Shown: positions 1 to 9,999, numbered from the stretch's first letter. The stretch: 17,863 nt of DNA from Methanobacteriota archaeon (GCA_963787255.1 CAWBCJ010000008.1:1-17863), one strand, 5' to 3'. Numbers and translations: made by a program. Notes: a model not told the origin generated them from the sequence alone.

Positions 1-440
1 TGATCCGAATCCTGAAAGAATTATTCCAATGGCATTTTCTTCTTGATCCTCTGCTAAAGCTTGAAAGAATAAATCAATTGGTCTTCTAAAACCATGAGGT
101 TCTAAAGGCTTAATAAGGCTTAATACACCATCTATAATTCCTATGTCCTTATTGGGGGAATGACATACACTTTATTTGGTTTAACAGGCATATTATCTTG
201 AATTTCAAGAACATCCATATCAGTATATCTTGCAATTAATTCTGCCATAGTGCTTTTATGTGTGCGGATCCGATGTTGAATCAAAACAAATCCTATACCC
301 ATATCAGAGGGCATATTACTAAATAAATCCTTTAAAGCTTCCAGTCCACCTGCAGATGAACCAATACTTACTATGGGAAACTTTCCTTTGGGGTTGATTT
401 TTGATTTTTTTAGAGTTTTATTCTGATTTTGTATTTTAAT
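1..440 (-). CDS. cheB: CheB-type methylesterase domain (probably the N-terminus of a CheB/CheR fusion); partial, frameshifted, runs off the window
   Basis: Manual translation: FPIVSIGSSAGGLEALKDLF...GFVLIQH...HKSTMAELIARYT...NKVYVIPP...RRPIDLFFQALAEDQEENAIGIILSGFGS. It contains the catalytic Ser (GSSAGG) and His (IQH) motifs. Frame breaks near 268 and 155. No ATG/GTG/TTG follows the GGGGA RBS. Confidence 0.9.
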
Positions 441-779
441 TCCCCTTTAAGCTAATTTAAATTAATTAGATTCATTTAAATTTTTAGCAAATTGAAAATT
501 ATTGAAGTCTAATTGATTTATTGTTATATTATACTTCAACTAATTAATAATGATATCTAAGTAAAAAAAATAGAGTTACAAACAAAGTTTAAACTATCTA
601 GACAAGATATAACTGTTTTTTTAATAAAATTAGTTGAAAAATGGAAAGATTGAATTAATCAGTAACTGAATCCCCCATTTGAATTACTATAGTTTAACCA
701 TTAAAACTATATTAACAATTTTTTTATAGTTATTAAAACAAAAAATATACTCATGCCTCAAAAAGATTATAAAAAAATA

Positions 780-1087
780 ATGGAAGAAAGCAACAAGCAG
801 AAAAAAATCATAGAACAATTGAATAAAACTCGTATTAGTATAATTAGGACCATTAAAGACAGGAAAAGAGTTGAATGGAATATTTGGATGCAGTAAAAAA
901 ACAAATGGGATACTGGACAAGCCAAATAGAAAATACTGATCCTGAAAAAGATAAAGAAAGATATAATGTAATTAAAAAGAATATTGAAATGGAAAAAACA
1001 CATATTAAACAAATCCAAGATGAATTAAACAGAATAAATGAAGAACTTAAAATGGAAAATGAACATAAAAATTCATATGATCATTGA
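780..1087 (+). CDS. Hypothetical coiled-coil protein (one frameshift near 873)
   Basis: ATG at 780 gives MEESNKQKKIIEQLNKTRISIIRTIKDRKRVE, which joins ORF 875..1087 (MEYLDAVKKQ...) with one indel. Charged, helical composition. Confidence 0.55.
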
Positions 1088-1183
1088 TTTACTTCCTATA
1101 TTCTTATAACGCAGTAAATTAACTTTAATACATAATTTAATGCATAAATAATTGTTTTATTATTTCATCTCCATTATTTCACC

Positions 1184-1297
1184 TCAGAATTCTCCATCAT
1201 CCAACATGAGCCATGGATCATTAAAGCTTTCTACCTTACCAGTTTGGCACCATCGAGTTCCGATCTTGTAATTGTCATCACTTGCAGCTGCTGCGGG
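1184..1297 (-). pseudogene. C-terminal remnant of a Pei-like pseudomurein endoisopeptidase
   Basis: Translates to PAAAASDDNYKIGTRWCQTGKVESFNDPWLMLDDGEF*, with the same W-L-x-x-DDGEF* ending as ORF 10154..10360. An in-frame TAA lies immediately upstream. Confidence 0.65.
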
Positions 1298-1448
1298 TTA
1301 AACTCGACTTTATCTAGCCAAAAGGTCGTTATAATGGTAATTATTTAAAATTGGCAAGATATTAAAAATTTATGAATTTATTGAGTTTTGTATAAAATTA
1401 GAACAATTAGATATATGTAGAGATAGTTATATAAGTCAAAGTTGAATT

Positions 1449-2038
1449 ATGGAATCTACACTATTTTTTTTAGCCATTGTGAGTTTTATAGCCACTAATT
1501 TAGATGATCTTTTTGTTTTAATGATATTTTTCGCACATCCCGATTATAAAAGTACCCAGATTATCATAGGCCAATACATTGGAATTTCTTCTTTAATTCT
1601 AATCGGCATTTTAGGTTATTTTTTCAAGTTTATCATACCTGCAGCATGGATAGGTTTATTGGGCATTTTCCCCATAATTATAGGTCTTAAAAAACTGATT
1701 GAATTAAAGAAAAAGCGATGATTCAAGCGATACAAAAGAAATAAAAGGTTTTCGTTCAAGATTTATAAATTCATCCATACTTTCGGTTGCAATTGTGTCT
1801 TTTGTTAATGGTGGAGACAATATAGGCGTTTATGCTCCTCTTTTTGCTACTTTAAACATTTATCAACTATATTTTGTAATTTTAATCTTTTTAATGATGG
1901 TGGGAGTATGGTGCTTTATTAGCTACAGATTAGTAAACAACAGGAGATTAGGTGGGAAGAATTCGTAAATATGGGCATTTAATCCTGCCATTTGTACTAA
2001 TTATCATTGGAATTTCTATTTTAATCCAGACATTCTAA
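1449..2038 (+). CDS. cadD: Cadmium resistance transporter (CadD family), frameshifted
   Basis: FIATNLDDLFVLMIFF, IIIGQYIG and WIGLLGIFPIIIG motifs. It continues in other frames as VSFVNGGDNIGVYAPLF...KYGHLILPFVLIIIGISIL, stopping at 2036-2038. Confidence 0.88.
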
Positions 2039-2187
2039 TACAAGTATAAATTTTTTTTTGAAAAATAGCACTAACCAACAATAGTTGGAGGGGGTTGAAG
2101 GCTAAAAAAATGGATATTAGACTTAGTAAATATAATTAAAATATAAATTTAATGAAATAATTGAATATAATTATCTAAAGGAGTTAT

Positions 2188-2280
2188 ATGAACGCTAAGC
2201 TCACTAAAAGAGCGCTGAAATTATCCTATTTCACTATTATCTATAATATTGCAGAAGGAATACTGGCTATTTTTGCAGAT
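2188..2280 (+). pseudogene. N-terminal fragment of a cation diffusion facilitator-like transporter
   Basis: GGAG RBS, then MNAKLTKRALKLSYFTIIYNIAEGILAIFA, resembling CDF TM1. The expected GSIALIGFGLDS continuation is absent. Confidence 0.6.
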
Positions 2281-2493
2281 TTAACTAAAATATCATGGTC
2301 CTCCATTGTGATCATTCTATGCTATTTCCTCACTCCATGTTTGACCGCAGAATTTTACACTTATAAAAACGTCCTCTTGTACAATTTCAATGATGTTAGA
2401 CCCCATTCATGGTAAAAATTTTTAAATCGGTAAATTTATTAATTTCTAAGATTATATTAATATAAAATGAGAAAAATAATTAAGAGGTAATTT

Positions 2494-2981
2494 ATGAAAA
2501 AAAACAACTCTCAATCAACAAAATCCCGGCCACTGAGCGAACAAGGCGGACCGGAAAATCACCGTGCTCGCACCCTAAGTGCAGAGAGCGTATTGGCAGT
2601 CTTGTTTGGGTTTGGCTTCATTTTAGGCTTTCTGTTGACTCCATTGGGAGTCGAAACTCGTATGCCTGAACTACGGACCCTGGCGTTCGCAGGGTTCTTC
2701 ATAACCGTGGGGTTGTTGCTTCCACTTGCCGGGCTGGTTTCGCTGTGGCTACGAAGACCGAGGCTCGCCGGCGTCTTCGCAGTAATCGACGCAGCGCTCC
2801 TTTTCCTCACCGCACCCGCCGACCAAGCACTGGTTTTCTTCACGGTCCCCCTCCGCCTGCCGTTACCCTCGGTGAGTACATTCTGATCTTCGTGGGCATC
2901 GGATACATGCTTTACGGACCACGAGTCTATGCCGAGAACCGAACACAGGCTGCGAATCTCTCTCAAGAACCGAACGAATAG
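2494..2981 (+). CDS. GC-rich hypothetical integral membrane protein (about 4 TM), frameshift near 2850
   Basis: ORF 2494..2886 joins the frame of 2745..2981 at the C-run (VFFTV-PPPPAVTLGEYILIFVGIGYMLYGPRVY). GAGGT RBS upstream. A hand count gives 35/60 GC at 2521-2580, against AT-rich flanks. Confidence 0.7.
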
Positions 2982-3044
2982 CGCATACTGTCCTCTTCGC
3001 GGGCCAGCTTCCAGAGCTCACTTTCTGAAGCCCAAAATGGTTAG

Positions 3045-3159
3045 TGGAGAAATTTATATGCACATTCTTCTATAGATTCCCTTACAGAATGCTCTTTTTT
3101 ATCTGATGCAAATTTCAATAAAGGTAGATTTATACTTTGAAATCTGGAATACCCATCAT
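3045..3159 (-). pseudogene. mrr: Mrr restriction protein N-terminal (Mrr_N wHTH) fragment
   Basis: MMGIPDF / SINLPLLKFASDKKEHSVRESIEECAYKF (one indel) matches the typical Mrr start IPDFQSIMLPLL..ASD.KEHS. It is cut off by a stop near 3042. Confidence 0.75.
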
Positions 3160-3167
3160 ATCACATC

Positions 3168-3230
3168 TTAACTTAAACTATCATCAATAATCCCTATTTC
3201 ATCATCTGTAAGCCCATATAACTCATGGAG
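3168..3230 (-). pseudogene. Extreme C-terminal remnant of a type IIG (Eco57I/TaqI-like) restriction-modification protein
   Basis: LHELYGLTDDEIGIIDDSLS* matches the common YELYGLT.EEI.II tail and lies directly upstream of the mrr fragment. Confidence 0.65.
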
Positions 3231-3348
3231 AATATTATAATATCAAGTTGTAGACTTTAAGGGCTATTTTTGATATAATTAATTTAATATTAGTATTAAT
3301 AGAAAGCAAGACGGAATAAATATTAATTTAAATGTTTATATCATTTTC

Positions 3349-3613
3349 CATTAATTAACAGTTACAGAATTAAAAAAAGCACAGTCTCCTGCAGGTGAAA
3401 GATAGAATCGGTATATACAGTATAAAAGCCTTGAGATTTGTAACATAATTTACACATTTAGATATAAAAAAAGCCTATAAAGTATTAAACAATATCCTAT
3501 AATTCTATTATTAATTATCCGATTCATTAATTAAATAATTAAAAAAGCACATTCTCACGCAATTGAAACTTGAATTCTGTATATACGGTATATACAAAAT
3601 ATATGGTATATAC
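3349..3613. repeat. Imperfect ~57-bp direct repeat (3368-3424 / 3537-3592) plus four GTATATAC palindromes
   Basis: AATTAAAAAAAGCACAGTCTCCTGCAGGTGAAAGATAGAATCGGTATATACAGTATA versus AATTAAAAAAGCACATTCTCACGCAATTGAAACTTGAATTCTGTATATACGGTATA. Both are preceded by CATTAATTAA. GTATATAC occurs at 3411, 3579, 3588 and 3606. Confidence 0.8.
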
Positions 3614-3665
3614 GAAAAGTCGGATAGACCTTCGTAGAGAAGTGAATAAAAAAATAGTATTATAC

Positions 3666-3942
3666 TTATTTATTTTTAATTATTTCTTTTAATTCTTTTA
3701 TTTGAACTCTTAATTTGAGTATGTGGGGAATTCCTTCCATAAAGAATAATTCAGGCTCTTTCTCCACATCATATAATTTTCTGTCATTTGCAATGAAACT
3801 ACCTTTGTTAAAGCTTGATGCAAGCATTTTTTTTTTTAACTAATTTATTTTTAGAATTTGTTGTAATTGCTTTTTGGAGGTCTTGTTCCTCAGTATCGTA
3901 AGTGAATCTGCCGTATTTAGTGTTGTAATAGTAAATGGCCAT
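3666..3942 (-). CDS. Small hypothetical protein, frameshifted
   Basis: MAIYYYNTKYGRFTYDTEEQDLQK... and ...MTEKLYDVEKEPELFFMEGIPHILKLRVQIKELKEIIKNK*, separated by A-homopolymer frame breaks. Confidence 0.4.
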
Positions 3943-4240
3943 TAAACCCTTATTTTATTTAATGTGATTTGTTATTTATTTTTGTGATTTTGATTTTCTT
4001 AACAAGTTTAAAAAGAGTAGTTTCTAAGTTGTTATAGCAGTGTATGGTGAAATGTATATAATCAATTTAGCAAAAAATTAACGATGCAAAATTGGAAATA
4101 CTGGTGTAAAATGCTTTAGAATCTATAATAGTAACTGATTTTTTGTAATTTAATTTTCTTAGACATTAATAATTGATTCATAAAAAACATAAGTATCATA
4201 AAAAATTTTTATGTTTATTATGAAATTTATGGTGAAAATA

Positions 4241-5390
4241 ATGAACCCCTTTAGAAAGAGAACAGGTATTTTTCCTTCGTATTTTACAGGTAGAGAAGAT
4301 GAACTTAATGAATTAAGGGAAATTTATGAATCTACGAGGGCAGGAGCAGCAGGACATATAATTATCTATGGACCTAAAGGTATTGGTAAAACTTGTTTAT
4401 TAATGAAATTTGAAGGAGAGCTAAAAAATACTAAAGATGTTTATCCAGTACGTATTCCACTTGTAGAAGGCAATTTTGATGATATTTATAGTTTAATTGT
4501 TGATAAATGTTCTGATGCTCTTGAAATTAAAGTAAGTCATTTTTGGGATAAAATTACATCATTAGGTGTTAATATTCCATTAGTAGGTGGAATGACCGTA
4601 TCAAAAGAAATACCTACCACAAGCCCTTCTGTGGCTCTTGAAAAGATATTGAAGACTATTTATGGAGAATTAGAAGGGGAAGATCCTGTATTAGTTCTTT
4701 TATTCGATGATCTTCAAAGAATATATCTCAGATAATGGTCCTACTAAGGTTTTAAGTATATTGCAGAATGCACTAGTTGAACTTAACCATAAAGGTATGA
4801 ATATTATGTTTGTAGCAACTGGGGCTCATGATATATTTTCACAAATACAAGATCATTTAGATTCTGCAGTAAGGATATTTGAACCGTATGAACTTAAACC
4901 ACTGTCTAAAGATGAATTAAGGGATGCTATAATTATACCGGCCCAATATGAAGGTGTTGAAGTTACTGGGGAAGTTGTAGAAAGAATATATGATATTTCG
5001 GATGGAATACCATATTATATGCAGGTTATAGCATACAATTGTTTTGCTGAAGCTTCTGAAAGTAAAATAGGGATTGAGGAATTCAAAAAATCTTTCCCAC
5101 GTTCATTAGATTTGTTGGCTCAAAGGGAATTTAGGGGAATGTATGAAAAATCAACTAATGAAGAAAGAAAAATCCTTGGATTAATGGCAGAAAGTCATGA
5201 AGATATTCTTTCTTATAATGAAATTAAAGAAGGCTTAGATTCGAAATCAGAACCTTCATCATGGTTAAGAAATATGGAAAAAAAGAATACTATTGTAAAA
5301 AGATCTAGAGGAAAATATCAGCTTCGTGATAGGATATTTAAGGAATATTTGAAAACAATGAAGCCATATAAAGAAAATGGAACTTATTAA
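4241..5390 (+). CDS. Archaeal AAA+/P-loop ATPase (AAA_16/ATPase_2 type) with C-terminal winged helix; frameshift near 4725
   Basis: GGTGA RBS then MNPF...FTGREDEL, Walker A GPKGIGKT, Walker B LLFDDLQ, and a GIPYYMQ motif. The C-terminal RSRGKYQLRDRIFKEYL looks like a wHTH wing. ORFs 4211..4735 and 4707..5390 overlap. Confidence 0.88.
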
Positions 5391-5515
5391 TTAAGAAATT
5401 ATTTTTTGTGGAATATAATTGATAGCTTCATTATAGGGCTATATATTGAACATGTAGGTTAAAAATAATCGAGTTTAACGAAATAAACCAAGTTAAACAA
5501 TCATTAATGAACTAT

Positions 5516-6069
5516 TCAAAGTATTACATTTTCTAAAAGTATTTTAAATCCGATTGCTTTAAAATTAAACCGCCAAAAATTTCAATTTTATTTTCAAATA
5601 GATGCCCTACATTTTTACCAATATAGACCCCTATAAATGAAAGTACAAATGTTATAAGACCAATTACTATGATTGGAGTTATTATCGGAGTATTTAAAAT
5701 TGCAAAAGTTACACCAACCGCAAAAGCATCAATACTAGTAGCAATAGAAAGAATAAGCAGTTCTCTAAGTGAGAAAACTTTACAAACATCTTCTTCACTA
5801 GTGAAAACACTTTCATAAATCATTTTCAAACCAATTCCAAGTAAAAGTATAAATGCAATCCATGGAGCCAATGTTGAAACAATACTCTGGAGTTGTATAC
5901 CTGAAAACCATCCTAGTACTGGCATTAATGCCTGAAAGCCACCGAAAAAGAGGGCTATTATCAACGCATACTTAATATTACATTTTAAGGTTAATCCTCG
6001 AGTTATAGAAACACTAAAGGCATCCATTGAAAGACCAACTGCCAGAAATATTATTGAAATGAAATCCAT
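5516..6069 (-). CDS. mntP: Manganese efflux pump MntP
   Basis: LAVGLSMDAFSVS, FGGFQALMPVLGW and IATSIDAFAVG motifs. The true tail AIGFKILLENVIL* is in a shifted frame ending at 5516. Confidence 0.93.
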
Positions 6070-6086
6070 GTTAAAATCTCTTATAT

Positions 6087-6720
6087 TTATTTTTTATATT
6101 TTTTGTAAATAATGAAACCTATTACAGCTATTACTAGTCCAATTACCACTATTTCTTCAGATATTGCTAATTCAGATTCTATTTGTCTATATAAGCTTCC
6201 AAATTGCCATGCCAGGAATCCTAAAATAAATGCTCTCACTAATGTTCCGAAAAAAGTTATAGTAATGTATTTTTTAATATCAAACTTAATAAATCCGCAA
6301 AATGCACTGATAACAACACTAGGCACTATAGGAAGAGCTCTTGTAGTGAAAATTGATAATTCCATTAGATTATTTTTGGAATATTTTTCTTCTGTTTTTT
6401 CTATTTCCTTCCAGGATAATCCAAGATATTTACCCCACCGGTCAACAAAAGGCTTACCTACCCGGTAAACAATTCCATAAATAAGTAAAGAATCCAATTG
6501 TAACTCCTGCGGCTGCAGGTAATGCTATATAAAGGAAAAGTTTTTCAAATGCTTGAACTGATATTTGAGAATTTTCCATTATAAAAAAGCTTGAACCCAT
6601 TATAACAGCCGTAGAAGGGATAGGGGCAATAATTTCTTCAAGAATACTCCCAAAAAAGATACCCCACGAACCATAAGTGATTATAAATTCTTCTAAGAAC
6701 ATTGCTAACTCTGCAAACAT
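6087..6720 (-). CDS. DedA/VTT (SNARE-associated) family membrane protein, frameshift near 6490
   Basis: GSILEEIIAPIPS, YRVGKPFVDRWGKYLG and RALPIVPSVVISAFCG motifs across two overlapping ORFs. Confidence 0.88.
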
Positions 6721-6845
6721 GAATTAAAAACCTCTTTAGCTTGAATATTGAATTCATTAAAATATCATCAAAAATAGATTTTTCATTTTTTTAAGTACTT
6801 TTCATAATATATATTCAATGTATAATTTATACTATACAAAACTAA

Positions 6846-9098
6846 TTAATCGGTAGGTATAGTAAAATAAAAAGTAGAACCCACGCCAAAATCTGACTCC
6901 ACCCACACACGGCCACCATGACGATCAATAATCCTCTTAAAAACCGCTAATCCTATTCCTGTTCCTTCATATTCATCAATGGTATGTAAGCGCTTGAATA
7001 CTTCAAATATTTTGTGAGTGTATTGTTTTTCCATTCCTATTCCATTATCACTGACTGAAAAGACATATTCATTTTTTATTTTATCTGTTCTAGCTGAGAT
7101 ATGGATCCTTGGAGGAAATTGAGGTTTTCTATATTTAATAGCATTACCAATCAAGTTCTGGAAGACCCTAACCATCTGATCAGGATCCGCAATAACATTT
7201 GGAAGATTATCAAATGTTATTTCTGCATTAGACTCATCAATAGCAAAATTTAAGTTAGAAACAGCCTTTTCAACCTTAACATTCATATCAACTTCTTCAA
7301 ATTCTTTTCCGTCGCTATCAATACGTGAATATTCAAGTAAACTGTGAATCTGCTCTTTCATGCGAATACTTGCTTCTACAATGTAATTAATGAATTCGTC
7401 CGCATCTTCATCCAATTTATTTTTATAACGCCTTTCAATGAGTTGTGTGAAGCTTGCAATAGTACGTAAAGGCTCCTGCAAGTCATGAGATACCACATAA
7501 GCAAACTGTTTTAGTTCTTCGTTGGAATGTTCTAAATCTGTTAATGATTTTTTTAATCTGTCTTCTGCTTTTTTACGTTTTGTAACATCATTTAAAATCA
7601 ACACAACAGAAATAGAACCATCAAGGTTAGTTATAGGAGTAGATAATGCATCATAAGTCTTATCTAACTTGGATAAGTATTGTTCCCATTCAAACGTGCC
7701 GCCTTGAAATGATTGTTGCATTTTGCATTCCGAACAGACTTCAGGATTATTATAAAAGTATTCATAACATTTATGTCCTTTTAATGGTCCAAACTCCTTT
7801 TTCATTGCAGGATTAATGTACTCTATTTCATAATCCTTATTTATAATAGAAATTCTGTTAAGTGTTGTGTTCAATATATTACTCAGTTTATTTCTTTCTA
7901 TTTGAAGCTCTGCTGTACGTTTTTCAACCAGTTCTTCAAGATTATCATGTGCACGTCTTAACTCTTCTTCTATTTGCTTGCGCTTGGTAATATCCATTGC
8001 AATACCAATCACGTATTTTGGCTTCCCTTTACTGTCAGGAATAACTGTACTTGACCATGCCAGTTGAATTAGGCGTTCATCCTTTGTTTTCCAGTAATTC
8101 TCAAAATAATCAAGAGACATTTCTGCCTTTAACTCACTCCAGGCCTTTTTAACCGCATCAACTTCTTCGGGTATAAGCAAAAAATCCCAAACTTTCCGAT
8201 TTTTGACCTCTGCAAATGAATATCCTGATACCTCCTCACAGTAACGGTTAAAACCTATAATCCTTCCATCTTTATCTTGGATAAGAATAGCTGCCCTTGC
8301 AGTTTCAAGCACCGCCGCATTAAACTCAGATTCCCTACGAATAGCTTCATCTACTTTTTTTTGCTTGGTGATGTTTTTTGTGATTCCAACAATGCGAACC
8401 GGGTTTTGTTTTGCATCTTTGATGATGGTGGCAATGTTACGAAGCCAAACTGGTTGTTTTCCATAACGAAACTCAATATCTGATTTTTTCCCTGTTTCCA
8501 CCAATAACTCCATAGAGCGTTGCACTTTTTCCCTGTCATCTGGATGAACAGGAGAAAACGCATCTTCAAAAGTATCTGGTAGTTCAAAATCTGGAATGCC
8601 CAGAACTTGCGTAGCGTTTGAAGACCAGGTAATCTTTTGCGAGACTAAATCAATATTCCATGAATACATATTAGCGGCTTCAATTGCTATTCGCATTCCC
8701 GCTTCACTATCCTCAAGAGCCTCTTCTACCTGTTTACGCTCGGTAATATCGGTGGACAGTAGAAATATTCCTTCAGGCACAGGCTCTACACGTGCATCAA
8801 ACCAAGCTTTATGGCCATCCGGAAACGTAAATTCATTTTCAAATGAAACGGCCACCCTTTCGTTCATACACTTTTGAAGTACAGCAAAAAGTTCTGTCTG
8901 TTCAATAAAGGGATACACATCCATAATGGCCCTACCTATAAAATTATCCTTTTCGGCACAGTTTTGTCTGGCAGCAGCATCATTAACATACAAATACCGC
9001 CAATCAGAACTAATTATCTGACAACCTTCAATAAAATTATCAAATATACTGTAATTTCCTCCCACACTTAAGAAAACCTCTGCATTGCTCTTTTCCAT
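6846..9098 (-). CDS. Cytoplasmic multi-PAS sensor histidine kinase (bacteriophytochrome-type kinase core)
   Basis: Four PAS/PAC units ending DITER, NITKQ, DITKR and DVTKR. H-box SHDLQEPLR, N-box QNLIGNAIKY, G1 DNGIGM, G2 GTGIGLA. Intact 750 aa. Confidence 0.96.
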   Translation of the reverse strand: MEKSNAEVFLSVGGNYSIFDNFIEGCQIISSDWRYLYVNDAAARQNCAEKDNFIGRAIMDVYPFIEQTELFAVLQKCMNERVAVSFENEFTFPDGHKAWFDARVEPVPEGIFLLSTDITERKQVEEALEDSEAGMRIAIEAANMYSWNIDLVSQKITWSSNATQVLGIPDFELPDTFEDAFSPVHPDDREKVQRSMELLVETGKKSDIEFRYGKQPVWLRNIATIIKDAKQNPVRIVGITKNITKQKKVDEAIRRESEFNAAVLETARAAILIQDKDGRIIGFNRYCEEVSGYSFAEVKNRKVWDFLLIPEEVDAVKKAWSELKAEMSLDYFENYWKTKDERLIQLAWSSTVIPDSKGKPKYVIGIAMDITKRKQIEEELRRAHDNLEELVEKRTAELQIERNKLSNILNTTLNRISIINKDYEIEYINPAMKKEFGPLKGHKCYEYFYNNPEVCSECKMQQSFQGGTFEWEQYLSKLDKTYDALSTPITNLDGSISVVLILNDVTKRKKAEDRLKKSLTDLEHSNEELKQFAYVVSHDLQEPLRTIASFTQLIERRYKNKLDEDADEFINYIVEASIRMKEQIHSLLEYSRIDSDGKEFEEVDMNVKVEKAVSNLNFAIDESNAEITFDNLPNVIADPDQMVRVFQNLIGNAIKYRKPQFPPRIHISARTDKIKNEYVFSVSDNGIGMEKQYTHKIFEVFKRLHTIDEYEGTGIGLAVFKRIIDRHGGRVWVESDFGVGSTFYFTIPTD

Positions 9099-9437
9099 CT
9101 TTATCCCCTGTCTAGTTCGGCAAATTCACAAGATAACTCTCTATTGCACTAAAAAAAGGAACCATTATTCTCTTGGACTAATGTTCAATAATAATATATT
9201 TTCCATTTATTTATTTTTTATGATTTATTTTCAACAAAAAAAATAATATTTAATTTAAACTATTATGAGATTAAGTTTATAAGCATATAACTATATTATT
9301 ATGCTTTGATTTACATTATTTTTTATTAAAGTTTCTATTATTTGATAATACTATTTTATTGATCATTTAAGTTAGTATTTACTAGTATATGCAAATGATT
9401 TTATATAAGATTTAATCTTATATCATTTTAGATAAAA

Positions 9438-9854
9438 ATGACAATAAAAATACTCTTAATAGAAAATAAAACTGCTAAAAATAGTGTAGCGAATATATTG
9501 CAGGATTTAACTGTTGAAAACAGTGTAGAACTAAAAATTTTAGAGGATGAAAATGAATTAAGTGATTTCTTTAAAAAAGAGCCCAACCAACATTTTTCAA
9601 ATCATATCATTATATTTAATTTAAACCAATTATCAGAAAACGTTCTTAATGTTATACAAACTATTAAAGAAGATTCACAGTTAAATCATATCCCTATCTT
9701 TGTTTTAACAGATATTTCAACTTATGAAAATACTATTAAAGCTTATACGTGTCATGTGAATTGCTATATTATAAAACCTGAAGATTTAGAAGGGCTTATA
9801 AGTATTTTAAACTCATTTAAAGAGTTATGGTTAAAACACGCGGAAATACCATAA
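9438..9854 (+). CDS. Stand-alone response regulator receiver (Rcp1-like), degenerate phosphorylation site
   Basis: KILLIEN...IIIFNLN...IPIFVLT...KAY..HVNCYIIKP...ELWL. The fold motifs are kept but the acceptor Asp position is Asn. Confidence 0.85.
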   Translation: MTIKILLIENKTAKNSVANILQDLTVENSVELKILEDENELSDFFKKEPNQHFSNHIIIFNLNQLSENVLNVIQTIKEDSQLNHIPIFVLTDISTYENTIKAYTCHVNCYIIKPEDLEGLISILNSFKELWLKHAEIP

Positions 9855-9864
9855 CATTTTTCAA

Positions 9865-9999
9865 TTATTTAACGATTTCAAAACAATCTCTAACTGTTTC
9901 TTCTTTTATATTATCCCTACATTCACACATTTTAAAACGTCCAGTGCCGACAGACCAACCTAAACCACCGCAAAGTGGACATTTTTGTATTCTTTCCAT
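9865..9999 (-). CDS. 44-aa putative zinc-finger microprotein
   Basis: GAGG RBS, then MERIQKCPLCGGLGWSVGTGRFKMCECRDNIKEETVRDCFEIVK* (CxxC...CxC). It falls below the ORF-track length cutoff. Confidence 0.6.
   Translation of the reverse strand: MERIQKCPLCGGLGWSVGTGRFKMCECRDNIKEETVRDCFEIVK

Noticed and set aside
687-1018. Minus-strand Phe/Ile-rich ORFs
   Set aside because: Low-complexity antisense of the A-rich plus-strand gene.
2559-3063. ORFs 2559..2966 (-) and 2863..3063 (-)
   Set aside because: Antisense shadows of the GC-rich membrane gene.
3368-3592. Possible degenerate CRISPR (ATTGAAAC ending)
   Set aside because: Only two diverged copies about 170 bp apart, similarity runs past the GAAA, and there are no cas genes.
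6112-9071. ORFs 6112..6468, 8277..8483, 8351..8587, 8596..8877 and 8874..9071
   Set aside because: Antisense or alternate frames inside dedA and the kinase.
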